64,000 nucleotides of DNA from an uncultured Nitrospiraceae bacterium (GCA_963706325.1 CAVPLT010000004.1:544001-608000); one strand, 5' to 3'; shown: positions 1-10,956, counted from the stretch's first letter. The notes: generated from the letters alone by a model not told the origin. A program made the numbers and translations.

Positions 1-128
1 ACGGTGAGATGCTCAACGGCCTCTTCTGCGCTGCCGCCCTCTTGTAGAATTTTATTTCCCAGGCCATAGCGGCCTAAAAATCCCTTCGGATTTTTCTCAA
101 CCATTTGGCGAAAGGCACTGATATCCAT
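1..128 (-). CDS. TPR-like protein, N-terminal part (runs off window edge)
   Basis: ATG at 128 with AAGGAG upstream; reads MDISAFRQMVEKNPKGFLGRYGLGNKILQEGGSAEEAVEHLT. Confidence 0.6.
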   Translation of the reverse strand, partial: MDISAFRQMVEKNPKGFLGRYGLGNKILQEGGSAEEAVEHLT

Positions 129-190
129 GAGGCTCCTTCGGAAGCGTAAGTAGCTTATGACACGACGGCGGATTGTACCATTGGCCTTGT

Positions 191-976
191 TCAATCGGCT
201 ATGGGTCGTTCAGCTTTGACGGCACGGAGTCGCGCGAGTCGTTCGCGATCGGCGGCGGCCGGCGCTCGTCCCGTTCCCAGCGCCAGGTGATGCAGCCGCT
301 CCACACAGCGGATCGCTGCGATCGTATCCCGCCGTTGCTCGTAGAGATCGGCCAATTCTCGGAGCACGGCTGTTTCGCCGGTCGGATTGCCCAGCTTGAT
401 AAAATGTTCCGACGCATTGTTGAAACAGCGTTCGGCCTCCACCGGCCGGCCGCTCTCGAGAAACGTCTTTCCCAGCTGACTGTAGGTGCCGGCGAGGCCT
501 TCTTCGTTGCCGACGACCCGATGAGAGTCCAGCGCCTGTTGAAACCACTGCACGGCCTCATCCCAATGCTGTTGTCGGCCTTCCTCCATTGCCAGGTTAT
601 GGTAGAGGATGCCAAGGGCGCGATGATCATTGAGCGGCTTCAGCAGATCGAGCGCTTCCAGGTAGTAGGGGCGGGCCTTCTCGGGCCGGTCGGCCCCGAT
701 GTAGAGATTCCCGAGATTGACGAGGGTGTGGGCAATGGCGTGTTGGTCCTGTTCGCTCCGTTGAATGTTCAGCACTTCCTTATAGCAGGCATCGGCTTTC
801 TCCAACTCGCCGGCCAGGGCACAGGTATTGCCTAGATTGCCGAGACTGTTGGAGAGTTCGCGCTGAGATCCCGATGCCCGATCGTCCTTCACGGCCGCCT
901 CCCAAGCGGCGCGCGCCTGGACGAGGTCTCCGCGATGGAGGAAAATGCGTGCGCGATGTTTGTCGTTTTCAGCCAT
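191..976 (-). CDS. Tetratricopeptide repeat protein
   Basis: Repeated TPR helices (NSLGNLGN, TLVNLGNLY, LYHNLA, TYSQLG). Confidence 0.85.
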   Translation of the reverse strand: MAENDKHRARIFLHRGDLVQARAAWEAAVKDDRASGSQRELSNSLGNLGNTCALAGELEKADACYKEVLNIQRSEQDQHAIAHTLVNLGNLYIGADRPEKARPYYLEALDLLKPLNDHRALGILYHNLAMEEGRQQHWDEAVQWFQQALDSHRVVGNEEGLAGTYSQLGKTFLESGRPVEAERCFNNASEHFIKLGNPTGETAVLRELADLYEQRRDTIAAIRCVERLHHLALGTGRAPAAADRERLARLRAVKAERPIAD

Positions 977-1051
977 TTCTTTTGTGAAGCGCTAGTGGTG
1001 AGATGTGAGGCCTGGACACCCTCCCGAGATTCACCTCTTTCTTGAAGTGAA

Positions 1052-1220
1052 ACGGATGGTCAAAAGGGCCATTCAGCGAGGCCGCAGCAAATGAAGCGTC
1101 GAGCCGGGTCATTCTTACCCGCCCACCCCGAGCCTGCCAAGACAGGCTCTTTACCCGTATAAGTACGTCGAGCCGCTGAACGACGCGAGAACAAAGCTGG
1201 AGGTCCTTTTCACCATCCGT
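1052..1220. repeat. Palindromic intergenic repeat (MITE/REP-like), copy 1
   Basis: Imperfect terminal inverted repeats ACGGATGGTCAAAAGGGCC / GGTCCTTTTCACCATCCGT; shares an internal module with the copy at 27850-28087. Confidence 0.8.
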
Positions 1221-1642
1221 CAATCGCCACCCTTGGGCGTGTCTTTCCTGAACTCCACCACGATGTCGTCCTCTTCGTCCAAGCCCAATCCGGCACGAAA
1301 CGACTCGAGTAGCTCAGACACGTAGGCGACGTGCCGTGGGTCTTTTCCCTCAGGCGAGGCCAGGTACGCTTCGGATAATCTCATCCCGGTCTGGAAGTGA
1401 CGGGCGATCGTTTCTTCCGTCACCTGCTGCCATGTGATGTAGATGCAGAAGGCCTGAAACGCGTGGGCCTGGGGATGCCGACCGGCCAGCGCGAGCAATT
1501 CCTCGTAGGCCTCGCGCGCCAGGGCGCCGGCGTTGGAAGAAAAGGTGCCTTCGAGTTCAACGGCCCGGTCCCAATCGGCACCGAGTTCAGCTTCCGATTC
1601 CTGAAGGGTATCTTGAGCGGCCAAAGCGGCATCGAATTGCAT
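1220..1642 (-). CDS. Hypothetical protein
   Basis: ORF from MQFDAAL; acidic, helical; co-oriented with the TPR genes. Confidence 0.7.
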   Translation of the reverse strand: MQFDAALAAQDTLQESEAELGADWDRAVELEGTFSSNAGALAREAYEELLALAGRHPQAHAFQAFCIYITWQQVTEETIARHFQTGMRLSEAYLASPEGKDPRHVAYVSELLESFRAGLGLDEEDDIVVEFRKDTPKGGD

Positions 1643-1849
1643 GGATGACTCTTTTCTGAAGCGTGAGGGTGAAGCGTCTATCAGGCACTTTTGTCTGCCG
1701 GATGCAGACAGGTCCTGCCTCAGCATACGCGGGGAGAGAAAAGCAGGTCAATGAGGGCTCACTCTTGAGTCGCTCGGGCGAGGCTTGTAGAGTGCACAGT
1801 CAGTCATCGGTTAACTCAGCACTATGCCTTGAAAGACTGGGAGGTGTTT

Positions 1850-2425
1850 ATGGCGGTCGAGTCGGTGATGTTGTCGCTTGGAACGAGCGCGCCTCCTTTT
1901 GCCTTACGCGATGTCGTGAGCGGGCAGGTCTATCAGCTGGACTCGTTTGTGAACAAGTCTGCGTTGCTGGTGATGTTTCTCTGCCGGCATTGCCCTTACG
2001 TCGTGCACGTCCAGGACGAAATTGCCAAGCTTGGGCGGGATTACGAGTCGAGCGGCTTGGGCATTGTAGGCATCAGCAGCAATGATCCGGGACATTATCC
2101 TGATGACGCGCCGGAGCGGTTGAAGGAGATGGCTCAGGGACTCGGTTTTCGATTTCCAATCTGCTTCGACGAGACTCAGGACGTCGCGAAAGCCTACAAG
2201 GCCGCCTGCACCCCTGATTTTTATCTCTTCGATAGGGAACGACGCCTGGTGTATCGCGGGCAGTTGGATGACAGCCGACCAGGTACCAACAAGCCGGTAA
2301 CCGGCCGTGATCTGCGCGCCGCGATCGAAGCGGTCTTGGGCGGTAAACCGGTGGAGGCCAATCAAAAAGCCAGCATCGGCTGCAGCATCAAGTGGAAGCC
2401 GGGCAAAGCGCCATCTTATGCCTGA
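1850..2425 (+). CDS. Thioredoxin-like / AhpC-TSA family protein
   Basis: FLCRHCPYV CxxC, ACTPDFYLFD, SIGCSIKW; RBS GGAGGT. Confidence 0.9.
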   Translation: MAVESVMLSLGTSAPPFALRDVVSGQVYQLDSFVNKSALLVMFLCRHCPYVVHVQDEIAKLGRDYESSGLGIVGISSNDPGHYPDDAPERLKEMAQGLGFRFPICFDETQDVAKAYKAACTPDFYLFDRERRLVYRGQLDDSRPGTNKPVTGRDLRAAIEAVLGGKPVEANQKASIGCSIKWKPGKAPSYA

Positions 2426-2589
2426 TGTTGAACCATCCCCGAGCCGAGAATCATGAAGTCGGCAGCAGAGTGTGGACTGGATCGCCGCCCTACGCTTTAG
2501 GAAACATTCCTGATGACCGATACAGAGAGCCGTGGCTCCGGGAGAGCCTGGAGGCAGTGCGCAGGTCGTGCGAAGGAGAATCGTTGGCC

Positions 2590-3447
2590 ATGGCATCGGC
2601 ACAAGAACTCGTCCAATCCTGCTCCACGATCTTTACCCTACCGGAAATTTACTTTCGAGTTCGTGATGTGGTGGACAGCCCTGACTCCAGCATGAACGAC
2701 CTGGCAAATGCTCTCAAAATAGATCCGGCAATTTCCGCTCGTGTCCTCAAGATCGTCAACAGCCCGCTCTACGGATTTCCTAAACAGGTCGACACGGTGA
2801 CCCGCGCCGTGAACCTCCTCGGCATGCAGGCCGTCCGCGACCTGGTCACGGCGACCACCATAGGCCGTCGCTTCTGCGGGATGACGACAGAAATCATGGA
2901 TCTCTCCGCCTATTGGCGCAAGAGCACTCTCTGCGCATTGATGGCGGCAAAGATTGCTAAAGCCTGCGGTATCCGAGACAGCGAGAGGTTTTTCATAGAA
3001 GGGTTGCTGCGGGATATCGGACACCTCATCCTCTACCAAACGATTCCCCAACGCGCACAAGCGGCGCTCATCGAAGCCGGCAATTTAGGGACGTCGCTGG
3101 CAGAAGTCGAGCAGGCAAGCATCGGTTGCGACTATACGGAAGTCGGCGCCGAACTTATTCACTCTTGGGGTATGCCTGCGCAGATCGAGCAGGCCATTCG
3201 TCATCAACTCAATCCCTACAAGGCGGGAGAACATATTCTGCATGCCTCGGTCGTTCACCTGGCGGGAGTCATCGCTGATCACCATGAAGTGGCGCCCTCC
3301 CATGGCGCCCAGACAGTGCCCTTTGATCCCTATGCGATGCAATTGACCGGCTTCAACCTGGATGAGCGGCCTGTTCTGCTTCAGGAAGCTCAGGAGCAAT
3401 TAGAAGCGACGCTCGTCCTATTTAGCCCGCACTCCAAGGCCGCCTAG
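2590..3447 (+). CDS. HDOD domain protein
   Basis: DPAISARVLKIVNSPLYG, RAVNLLG, GLLRDIG, W..P..I..AIRHQ. Confidence 0.9.
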   Translation: MASAQELVQSCSTIFTLPEIYFRVRDVVDSPDSSMNDLANALKIDPAISARVLKIVNSPLYGFPKQVDTVTRAVNLLGMQAVRDLVTATTIGRRFCGMTTEIMDLSAYWRKSTLCALMAAKIAKACGIRDSERFFIEGLLRDIGHLILYQTIPQRAQAALIEAGNLGTSLAEVEQASIGCDYTEVGAELIHSWGMPAQIEQAIRHQLNPYKAGEHILHASVVHLAGVIADHHEVAPSHGAQTVPFDPYAMQLTGFNLDERPVLLQEAQEQLEATLVLFSPHSKAA

Positions 3448-3582
3448 GTCTAGGCGAGATCCGCGGCCGTCTGCTCCCTGCATACATGGTCGGTCGAAAT
3501 GAACGAGAGCTGGTCAGTGACGAGCGGGGTTGAGTGACCGTGATAGAAGGCGGCTTGCTGAAGCAGTAGGGTGAACATTCAC

Positions 3583-5718
3583 TCAGGATTTTTCGTGCAG
3601 TCGGAGCAGGGCGAGCGAGCGGGCATCGAGGTCGTACTGCAGCCCGCCCTTCAACAGGGTCACCGTCTTTTCGTGCCCTTTGGAGACGGCCGTGTCCAGC
3701 ACCGGTTGCCATCGCACACCGGGCTTGTGGGCAGGCAACGTAAACGGCCGCGGCTCGTGATGCGCATTGAGCAGCACCAAAAACGTTTCGTCCAGCACCG
3801 GTTTTCCTCTCGAGTCCTTTTCCTCGATTGCATGGCCCGCCAGCCGGACGCCTAGGCAGCGCACATACCCCAGAGCCCAATCCTCATCCGTCATCTCCTT
3901 GCCATCCGGACGGAGCCAGGAAATGTCCTTGACCTCCGCGCCGCGGATGCGGCGGCCCTGAAAAAAACGGCGACGCCGGAACACGGGATGGTGCTGTCTC
4001 AGTTGAATGAGGCTTCTTGTAAAGGCCACCAGCGCCTGCTGATGTTTGTTCAGGTTCCAATCGATCCAGCTGATCTCATTGTCTTGGCAATAGGCGTTGT
4101 TGTTGCCGCGTTGCGCTCGCCCCATTTCGTCGCCGCCACAGAGCATCGGCACCCCCTGAGACAAGAGCAGGGTGGCGAGCATGTTGCGCTGCTGCCGTTC
4201 ACGTAGCTCGACGACCGACGGTTTCGTTGTCGGTCCCTCCACCCCGCAATTCCAGCTAAGGTTATCGTCGGTGCCGTCGCGATTCTCTTCGCCATTGGCC
4301 TCGTTGTGTTTCTGGTCGTAGGAGACGAGGTCATGCAGCGTGAAGCCATCATGCGCGGTGACGAAATTGATACTGGCATGGGGCCGGCGGCCGCTGCCTT
4401 CATAGAGATCGTTGCTGCCCGAGAGCCGAGAGGCCAGCTCCGCCACCTGACCGCCGTCGCCTTTCCAGTAGCGCCTGATGGCGTCGCGGTACCGACCGTT
4501 CCATTCGGCCCACCCGGCGGGAAAGTTGCCGACCTGGTAGCCGCCCTCACCGAGATCCCATGGCTCGGCGATCAGCTTGACCTGCGAGAGCACCGGGTCC
4601 TGATGGATGATGTCGAAGAATGCGCTCAGCCGGTCTACGTCGTGCAGTTCCCTGGCGAGGGTCGAGGCCAGGTCGAACCGAAACCCGTCCACGTGCATCT
4701 CCAGCACCCAGTAGCGCAGGCTGTCCATGATGAGCTGCAGCACCCGAGGGTGGCGGACGTTGAGCGTATTGCCGCAGCCGGTATAGTCCAGGTAGTAACG
4801 AGGCTGGTCGGGCATCAGCCGGTAGTACGACGCATTGTCGATGCCGCGAAACGACAAGGTCGGGCCCAGGTGGCTGCCTTCTCCCGTATGATTGTAGACC
4901 ACGTCGAGAATGACCTCGATGCCGGCGCTGTGGAACGCCTTCACCATCGTCTTGAATTCCCATACTTGATGCGCCCGGTCGGAGGCGCTGGCGTATTGGC
5001 TGTCGGGCGCAAAAAAGCCGATGGAGTTATAGCCCCAGTAATTGGTGAGCCCGCGCTCGACCAAGTGTTTGTCCCGGATGAAATGGTGCACCGGCAGCAA
5101 TTCGACGGCCGTCACGCCGAGATTCTGCAGGTGCTCGATCACGGCCGGCGTCGCGAGTCCCGCATAGGTGCCGCGCAAGTTCTGGGGAATGTCCGGATGC
5201 CTCGCCGTAAAGCCCTTCACATGCAATTCATAGATCACCGTCCGATCCCACCGCGTCCGCAGTAGTTGATCGCCGCCCCAGGTGAAGGCCTGATCGATCA
5301 CTAAGCACTTCGGCATACGTTTGGCATTGTCTTCGTCGTTGCGGGATAGATCGGCCCGAGGGTCGCCTATGCTGTATCCGAAAAGCGATTCGGACCAATC
5401 GATTCCGCCGGCGATCGCCTTCGCATAGGGGTCCAGCAGGAGTTTGGCCGGATTGAAACGATGTCCGGCCTCCGGCTCATAAGGACCATGAACGCGGTAG
5501 CCATAATGCTGCCCCGGCCGAGCCTCCGGCAGGTAGACATGCCAGACGTAATCGGTGCATTCCTCGATCATGACTCGTTGTGAGGCCTCCGCCGCATCGG
5601 GTCCGTCGAAGAGGCAGAGTTCCACCGCCGTGGCATTTTCAGAAAAGAGGGCGAAGTTCACCCCCTCGCCATCCCAGGTGGCGCCGAGAGGGTAAGGATG
5701 TCCGGGCCAGATTCTCAT
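3583..5718 (-). CDS. glgX: Glycogen debranching enzyme (GH13 isoamylase)
   Basis: [37 protein letters not shown] motifs. Confidence 0.97.
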   Translation of the reverse strand: MRIWPGHPYPLGATWDGEGVNFALFSENATAVELCLFDGPDAAEASQRVMIEECTDYVWHVYLPEARPGQHYGYRVHGPYEPEAGHRFNPAKLLLDPYAKAIAGGIDWSESLFGYSIGDPRADLSRNDEDNAKRMPKCLVIDQAFTWGGDQLLRTRWDRTVIYELHVKGFTARHPDIPQNLRGTYAGLATPAVIEHLQNLGVTAVELLPVHHFIRDKHLVERGLTNYWGYNSIGFFAPDSQYASASDRAHQVWEFKTMVKAFHSAGIEVILDVVYNHTGEGSHLGPTLSFRGIDNASYYRLMPDQPRYYLDYTGCGNTLNVRHPRVLQLIMDSLRYWVLEMHVDGFRFDLASTLARELHDVDRLSAFFDIIHQDPVLSQVKLIAEPWDLGEGGYQVGNFPAGWAEWNGRYRDAIRRYWKGDGGQVAELASRLSGSNDLYEGSGRRPHASINFVTAHDGFTLHDLVSYDQKHNEANGEENRDGTDDNLSWNCGVEGPTTKPSVVELRERQQRNMLATLLLSQGVPMLCGGDEMGRAQRGNNNAYCQDNEISWIDWNLNKHQQALVAFTRSLIQLRQHHPVFRRRRFFQGRRIRGAEVKDISWLRPDGKEMTDEDWALGYVRCLGVRLAGHAIEEKDSRGKPVLDETFLVLLNAHHEPRPFTLPAHKPGVRWQPVLDTAVSKGHEKTVTLLKGGLQYDLDARSLALLRLHEKS

Positions 5719-5880
5719 GCGTCGGTCAGGCTCCTTGTGATAGATAGCTCCAACGGATTTGCGCTCGCGGTGGCGCCTGAGTCAGTATCATACAATGAAA
5801 AAGCCCACCGCACTCAATGGTGCCGATGCGGACGATCATGTTTTCCGGCACACAGTCACTTGCTCGGGGGAGTAGAACGA

Positions 5881-6477
5881 ATGCGCAGTGTTTCCTTGCT
5901 CATCATCGATGACGATCCCATTCACCTCAGCACGCTGGCGTCGACGTTACGCCTCAGGTTGCCTGATGCGCAGGTCGAGACCGCAGAGGCTGCGTTGGCC
6001 TCGCTCAAGCGCATCCGAGCCCATGAATATGACGCCGTCCTCTGCGACGGACACCAACCGGGCATGGAAGGCGTGGCCTTCGCGCGAGCCATGCGTAAGC
6101 TTCACCCGCAGACGCCGGTGTTACTGCTCCTCGAAAAAGACGATCAGGATTTCATCAGGCAGGCGATGGAGGCAGGGGCCTACGATGTCGTGGTGAAACC
6201 GATCGGTGAGAGCACCTTACTCCTCTCCGTCCACCGCGCCCTTGAGGCGCACCGGCTACGAGGCCAAGTCAAACGAGAACAGGAAGAGCTCGTGACGACC
6301 CTGACCGAACTGCTGAAAGATCTCGAACATCTCTATGGCGCCGATGGATTGTCGGCCCACTTCACTGCGTTCCTGGACCAGGTCCATCAGGAGAGGGAGG
6401 CTGCCCGCAAGAACCACTCATTCAACCACGGTTCCAATGGGGGGAAAATCAGCGAGGCGAAGGAACCAGGCAAGTGA
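5881..6477 (+). CDS. Response regulator (receiver domain + coiled tail)
   Basis: LLIIDDD, D..QPGMEG, GAYDVVVKP. Confidence 0.85.
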   Translation: MRSVSLLIIDDDPIHLSTLASTLRLRLPDAQVETAEAALASLKRIRAHEYDAVLCDGHQPGMEGVAFARAMRKLHPQTPVLLLLEKDDQDFIRQAMEAGAYDVVVKPIGESTLLLSVHRALEAHRLRGQVKREQEELVTTLTELLKDLEHLYGADGLSAHFTAFLDQVHQEREAARKNHSFNHGSNGGKISEAKEPGK

Positions 6478-6502
6478 CCCTGTCCCGCTGGATGACGTAC
6501 TC

Positions 6503-6790
6503 CTAAAGTTTGGCGTACGCCTCATCGCATTGCCGGGCCATGGCGAAATCCTTGTCCGTAATGCCGCCTTCGTCATGAGTGGTGAGTTTCAACGTCACCT
6601 TGTTGTACCGGATGTCGATATCCGGGTGATGCCGGCTCTTCTCCGCGCGCTTCGCCACGCGCGTCACGAACTGCAGACCTTGCATGAATTCTTTGAACTC
6701 GTACGTGCGAAGCAAGATTTGTCCGCGCTTCGACCACTTGGGGATGGACTTCAATTCCAATTGGATTTCCTTCAGTTTCATTGCCGACAT
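6503..6790 (-). CDS. phhB: Pterin-4-alpha-carbinolamine dehydratase
   Basis: AEKSRHHPDI, LTTHDEGGIT.KD. Confidence 0.9.
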   Translation of the reverse strand: MSAMKLKEIQLELKSIPKWSKRGQILLRTYEFKEFMQGLQFVTRVAKRAEKSRHHPDIDIRYNKVTLKLTTHDEGGITDKDFAMARQCDEAYAKL

Positions 6791-6807
6791 TTTCAAGGCT
6801 CCTTTTT

Positions 6808-7122
6808 TCAATGATTTCGTTTGCGGCGAGTTCCTGCTCCTAGCGCGGGACTCCGCTCGACCGACAGCAGCCACTGCGCCTGCGTGACCGCGTCGAGGAG
6901 CGCATTCCGTTCCGCTTCCGTTTTTTTCAATTTCGGCGCACCGTTCACGAATCGTTCGGCCGCTTCCATCAAGGTCTGCAGGATCTTGCTCATCTCGCTC
7001 TGCGCGGCGTCACGGCTCGAGCCAGGCTTCTGGGCGCGCGCCTGTCTCCTTCGGGGTCCGACATAGGGCTGCGGCGCCAAGGGATTATCTTTTTCCAACT
7101 CGGGTCGTCTCGATCTCGCCAT
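6808..7122 (-). CDS. Hypothetical protein
   Basis: ATG with GGAGG RBS; lies directly upstream of phhB in the same orientation. Confidence 0.6.
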   Translation of the reverse strand: MARSRRPELEKDNPLAPQPYVGPRRRQARAQKPGSSRDAAQSEMSKILQTLMEAAERFVNGAPKLKKTEAERNALLDAVTQAQWLLSVERSPALGAGTRRKRNH

Positions 7123-7444
7123 ACGTCCTCCAACTCAACCACACCATCCGACGGCACACTCTAGCCGATCTCAGACCCCATTTGCACTGCATCGAGCACA
7201 CAGGGGTCATGATCAGAGGGCAGCGGTCGCGGCACAGACTTGCACAGGTTACGATTTCCATGCTTAGTGGTGAAACTCCTGGTATGCCGATCCACAAGGG
7301 GTATGACCTGTTCAAGCCAGGGGTTCATCTAGTCGTGGTCAAGTGCGGCAGGAGCTAATAATACATCCCAAGAGAGGTAAGGTTGCGAGACTGATCTACA
7401 AAAGAGAGAGCAGCGTTCTCAGATCCTAACGGGAGGTGGTCGCC

Positions 7445-7627
7445 ATGCAGAAGCAAGTTGAGCGCCCGATTCGTCGAACCCAGACGCAAAATAGCAACAG
7501 TGAGAGTCAGGAAGTCTGGCCCCTGTCGGCGCGCCAGTTCATGAAGCTGCCGGTGTCGGGGCTACTGTCAACCGGCAAACGGCTGACGTTCGCACGTCTC
7601 AGCGCACCGCCGGATCAAGCGGTGTAG
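7445..7627 (+). CDS. Small hypothetical protein
   Basis: GGAGGT RBS before ATG; 60 aa. Confidence 0.4.
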   Translation: MQKQVERPIRRTQTQNSNSESQEVWPLSARQFMKLPVSGLLSTGKRLTFARLSAPPDQAV

Positions 7628-7660
7628 GGGCGGCTCAGCGGCGCCCCGGTGGAGGGATAC

Positions 7661-7855
7661 ATGGATGTCATGCGCAGACCGATCAACGTCTACTGGTCCT
7701 GGGTGTTTCTGGGCTTGTCGTTCGTCGCTCTTCTGGCGAGCCTTTCGGGCTTCGCAGGTACCGCCACGACGCTGTCGTACGTGGTATTTCTGCTGTTCTT
7801 CATCGCCTATCTTGTGAGCTTCTTCGTCGCCCGCAGACCGCCGCCTATTGGGTGA
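7661..7855 (+). CDS. Small two-TM membrane protein, DUF1328-like
   Basis: YWSWVFLGLS..GFAGTA..VVFLLFFIAYLVSF; GGAGG RBS. Confidence 0.6.
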   Translation: MDVMRRPINVYWSWVFLGLSFVALLASLSGFAGTATTLSYVVFLLFFIAYLVSFFVARRPPPIG

Positions 7856-8022
7856 GCGTTTTCACGCCGACCGCTGCCGGTGCGAGCTCAGGTTCAACGG
7901 CGTCCTTGGCAGTTTCCTCAGGCTAACTCTTACCTACCACATTCGAATCGACAACATTGCCGCTAGCGCCGCCAAGGTTTCGGCCGGTGGATTGAATGCG
8001 CGCTGAGTCGATCCTGCCGCGC

Positions 8023-9426
8023 TCAATCCAGCACCGCCTTCTTCAAATCCTCCACCAGCAAACCGAACAATCGATCCTGCGCCGATCCGTCACGTGCCCG
8101 GAGAATGCTGGAGGGATGATAGGTGAGCAAAATGCGGGACGAGTACCGGCTGCTGAAAAATTGACCGCGCTGCCGCTCCATGGACACCTGCCCGCCGATC
8201 AGTGATTGCGCCGCCGTTTTACCTAGGCAGACGACGATTTTCGGCTGTACCGCGTTGAGTTCCGCTTCGAGCCAAGGCCGGCAAGCGACAATCTCGGACG
8301 GTCTCGGGGCTTGATGTCGCCGCCGACGGCCTTCCAATACGAAGCGGAAATGTTTCACGGCATTGGTCACATAGAGCTGTGAACGATCGAGTGCCGCCCG
8401 TTCCAGAGCCTGGTTCAACACCTCGCCGGCCGGCCCGATAAAGGGCTCCCCGGCCAGATCCTCCTGATCGCCCGGCTGTTCTCCGACGAGCATGATACGC
8501 GCCTCGGACGGGCCGCGCCCGAAGACGGTCTGGGTCGCGGCAAGATGGAGCTCGCAGCCGGTGCAGCCGGCGGCGGCCTGGGCCAGCTCGGGTAGCGTGC
8601 TGACCATGGGCAAAGAGGCCATGTGCTGACGCATGTCCATCACGTGGCCCACGCTGGCGCGCACCGCCTGAGTGAGTGGGGTGATGAGGCGAGATTCGGG
8701 AAGGCTTTTCCAAAATCGTCCGGGTAACTGCGCCTGCATCGCCGTGGGATTGATGCGGGCTGGGTTGAATGTCGCCGCATAATAGGCACGCCAGACCGCT
8801 TCGAGCGTATCGTCGGTGAGCGTCTCTCGCTGCGTCACTCCCGAGTCGAATCGCACAGTCTCACCATCCCAATGCGCCGAGGCATCGGGGGTCAAAATCG
8901 ACCAGCGCAGGGCGGCAAACCGTTCCACAAAAAACGGAGCCGCGAGCGGCAGGACGGGATGATCCGGCTGATGCCAGGCGACATAATGATCTCCTGACTC
9001 ATCGGTGATCTTTCGAAACCGTACGAAGGCCTTCATGCGATAGGCATCTCGGTGGACCTGCCGCTGCATCGCAAGCAGGCGAGCTGTTTCGTCGTCCACT
9101 TCAATCGCCAGCAAACTGGGCTCGGTCGAGGTGAGCCGCCACAAGATTGAATAGAGCAAAGGCCACTTCGTCCTATCACGATGGTGCGCCACGTTCTTCA
9201 GGAAGCTGCGAAAATCTTTGGGAACGAATGGGGGACGGGTAGAGCGGAACGCGGGAGGGTCCGGCGTTGCGTGGCCCTGGCCGTCGGCGAAAAGGCCCGG
9301 CAAGGCTGGCTGCTCAGCCGTGGTTTCCGTCCAGAGGATGTCGGAAGGCTTGCGCCCGCCGGACAATTGTTCGAGGGCCGCCGCCAGCCATCCGTCGGGC
9401 GTGGGATCGAAGCAGACTTCACGCAT
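8023..9426 (-). CDS. udgX: DUF4130 domain fused to UdgX-type uracil-DNA glycosylase
   Basis: N-terminal MKAFVRF, HQPDH, F..RFAALRWSILTP, W..YY..TFNPAR; C-terminal CTGCELH, GEQPGDQED, TNAVKHF, R-loop RRRRH, HPS. Confidence 0.9.
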   Translation of the reverse strand: MREVCFDPTPDGWLAAALEQLSGGRKPSDILWTETTAEQPALPGLFADGQGHATPDPPAFRSTRPPFVPKDFRSFLKNVAHHRDRTKWPLLYSILWRLTSTEPSLLAIEVDDETARLLAMQRQVHRDAYRMKAFVRFRKITDESGDHYVAWHQPDHPVLPLAAPFFVERFAALRWSILTPDASAHWDGETVRFDSGVTQRETLTDDTLEAVWRAYYAATFNPARINPTAMQAQLPGRFWKSLPESRLITPLTQAVRASVGHVMDMRQHMASLPMVSTLPELAQAAAGCTGCELHLAATQTVFGRGPSEARIMLVGEQPGDQEDLAGEPFIGPAGEVLNQALERAALDRSQLYVTNAVKHFRFVLEGRRRRHQAPRPSEIVACRPWLEAELNAVQPKIVVCLGKTAAQSLIGGQVSMERQRGQFFSSRYSSRILLTYHPSSILRARDGSAQDRLFGLLVEDLKKAVLD

Positions 9427-9428
9427 GG

Positions 9429-10679
9429 TCAGAGTTGCCCGGAGGTGGCTTCGAGCGAGGCGGAGAACAATTCCAGCTGCGCCGGTTTGCTGAGCAGCGA
9501 CGGAAGATCTTCCCGGTCCAATCGCAACAGCCGCTCCGAATAGGCCGGCGTGACAATGAACGGCCGCACCCGGCGCAAGGGGACGCGCAGTTTGCGAAGA
9601 TCATCCAACGTCACCCGATGGTAGCGGCGCATGGAAAGGATTTTGGCGACGTTCTTGTAGCCCAATCCCGGCACGCGCAAAAGCACTTCGCGCGACGCGC
9701 GATTCACATCCACGGGAAAGCGTTCGCGATGTCGCAGAGCCCAGGCCAGTTTCGGGTCGAGATCGAAGGACAGGTTCGGATCGTCGATGGTGGTCAACTC
9801 ATCCATGGAGAAACCATAAAAGCGGGTCAGCCAGTCGGCTTGATAGAGCCGATGTTCACGCACCAATGCCGGCGCCTGCAACGGCAGGCGGGGATCGGCA
9901 TGCGGGTAAGGGCTGAAGGCCGAATAATAGACGCGCTTGAGGCCGTATTGTTGATAGAGATGCGCCGCCGTGGAAAGAATCACGGCATCGGTGCTCGGCG
10001 TGGCCCCGATCACCATCTGGGTCGATTGACCGGCCGGGGCAAATGAAGGCGTGGAACCACGGCGCGATCTCTCCGAGCGCGCTTCCTGCACGCCTTCCTG
10101 AATCTGCGCCATCGTGCCTTCGATCACCGTCATCTGCTTGTCTGGTGCGAGTTGGATCAAGTCAGCCTGCGTCGGCAATTCGATATTGGCGCTGAGACGA
10201 TCCACCCAGCGCCCTGCCTCCTCGATCAGCCGCTGCGACGCGCCCGGTATCGCTTTGAGATGGATGTAGCCCCCGAAGCAGTGAGTTTGCCGCAACGTCC
10301 TCACCACGGCCACGAGCTGTTCCATGGTGTCGTCCGGCGAGCGAAAGATGCCGGAGCTTAAAAACAGGCCTTCGATGTAGTTGCGGCGGTAAAAGTCGAG
10401 CGTGAGGTCCACCACCTCTTGCGGCGTAAAGGCCGCCCGGGGAATGTCGCTCGAAACCCGGTTGACGCAAAAGACGCAATCGTAGACGCAATGGTTCGTG
10501 AGCAGAATTTTCAGCAGTGAGACGCAACGGCCATCCGGGGTGAAACTGTGGCAGATGCTATGGCCATCCGAATGGCCCAGTCCATTCTTCGAGCCAGACC
10601 GTCGGGAGCCTCCGCTGGCGCAGGACACATCATACTTCGCCGCTTCGGCGAGAATTTTCAGCTTGGTAGTGAGCGACAT
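9429..10679 (-). CDS. Putative DNA modification/repair radical SAM protein (TIGR03916-like) with HhH motif
   Basis: AKYDVSCAS, CVYDCVFC (CxxxCxxC), REHRLYQADWL.RFYGF, LLRVPGLG. Confidence 0.92.
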   Translation of the reverse strand: MSLTTKLKILAEAAKYDVSCASGGSRRSGSKNGLGHSDGHSICHSFTPDGRCVSLLKILLTNHCVYDCVFCVNRVSSDIPRAAFTPQEVVDLTLDFYRRNYIEGLFLSSGIFRSPDDTMEQLVAVVRTLRQTHCFGGYIHLKAIPGASQRLIEEAGRWVDRLSANIELPTQADLIQLAPDKQMTVIEGTMAQIQEGVQEARSERSRRGSTPSFAPAGQSTQMVIGATPSTDAVILSTAAHLYQQYGLKRVYYSAFSPYPHADPRLPLQAPALVREHRLYQADWLTRFYGFSMDELTTIDDPNLSFDLDPKLAWALRHRERFPVDVNRASREVLLRVPGLGYKNVAKILSMRRYHRVTLDDLRKLRVPLRRVRPFIVTPAYSERLLRLDREDLPSLLSKPAQLELFSASLEATSGQL

Positions 10680-10956
10680 GAATTATTATACCCGCTAGGC
10701 CAGGATTGAGGGCATCCCATCACGCTCAAATTTTTAGATCGATGGTCACTCTTGCAAGGTGGTACGTGAGATAGCTCTCGGTCGATCGTCGAGGTTTATC
10801 TGCAGGGCAGATAGCCGACTAGACCATGGGTATTGACAGGGGAATGGGAGTGCGCGGGTAGGCTGAGGCGATCGTCAGGAAATCTGTCGGCCGGATAGGA
10901 CCGGGCGAGGCGCGCCGGAAGTGGATCGTGCTTTAGACAGCGAACGTCCTACGCGA

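Noticed and set aside
4306..5265. Long antisense ORFs (for example 4306-5265, 32801-34021, 9267-10046)
   Set aside because: Shadow frames of well-supported genes in GC-rich DNA
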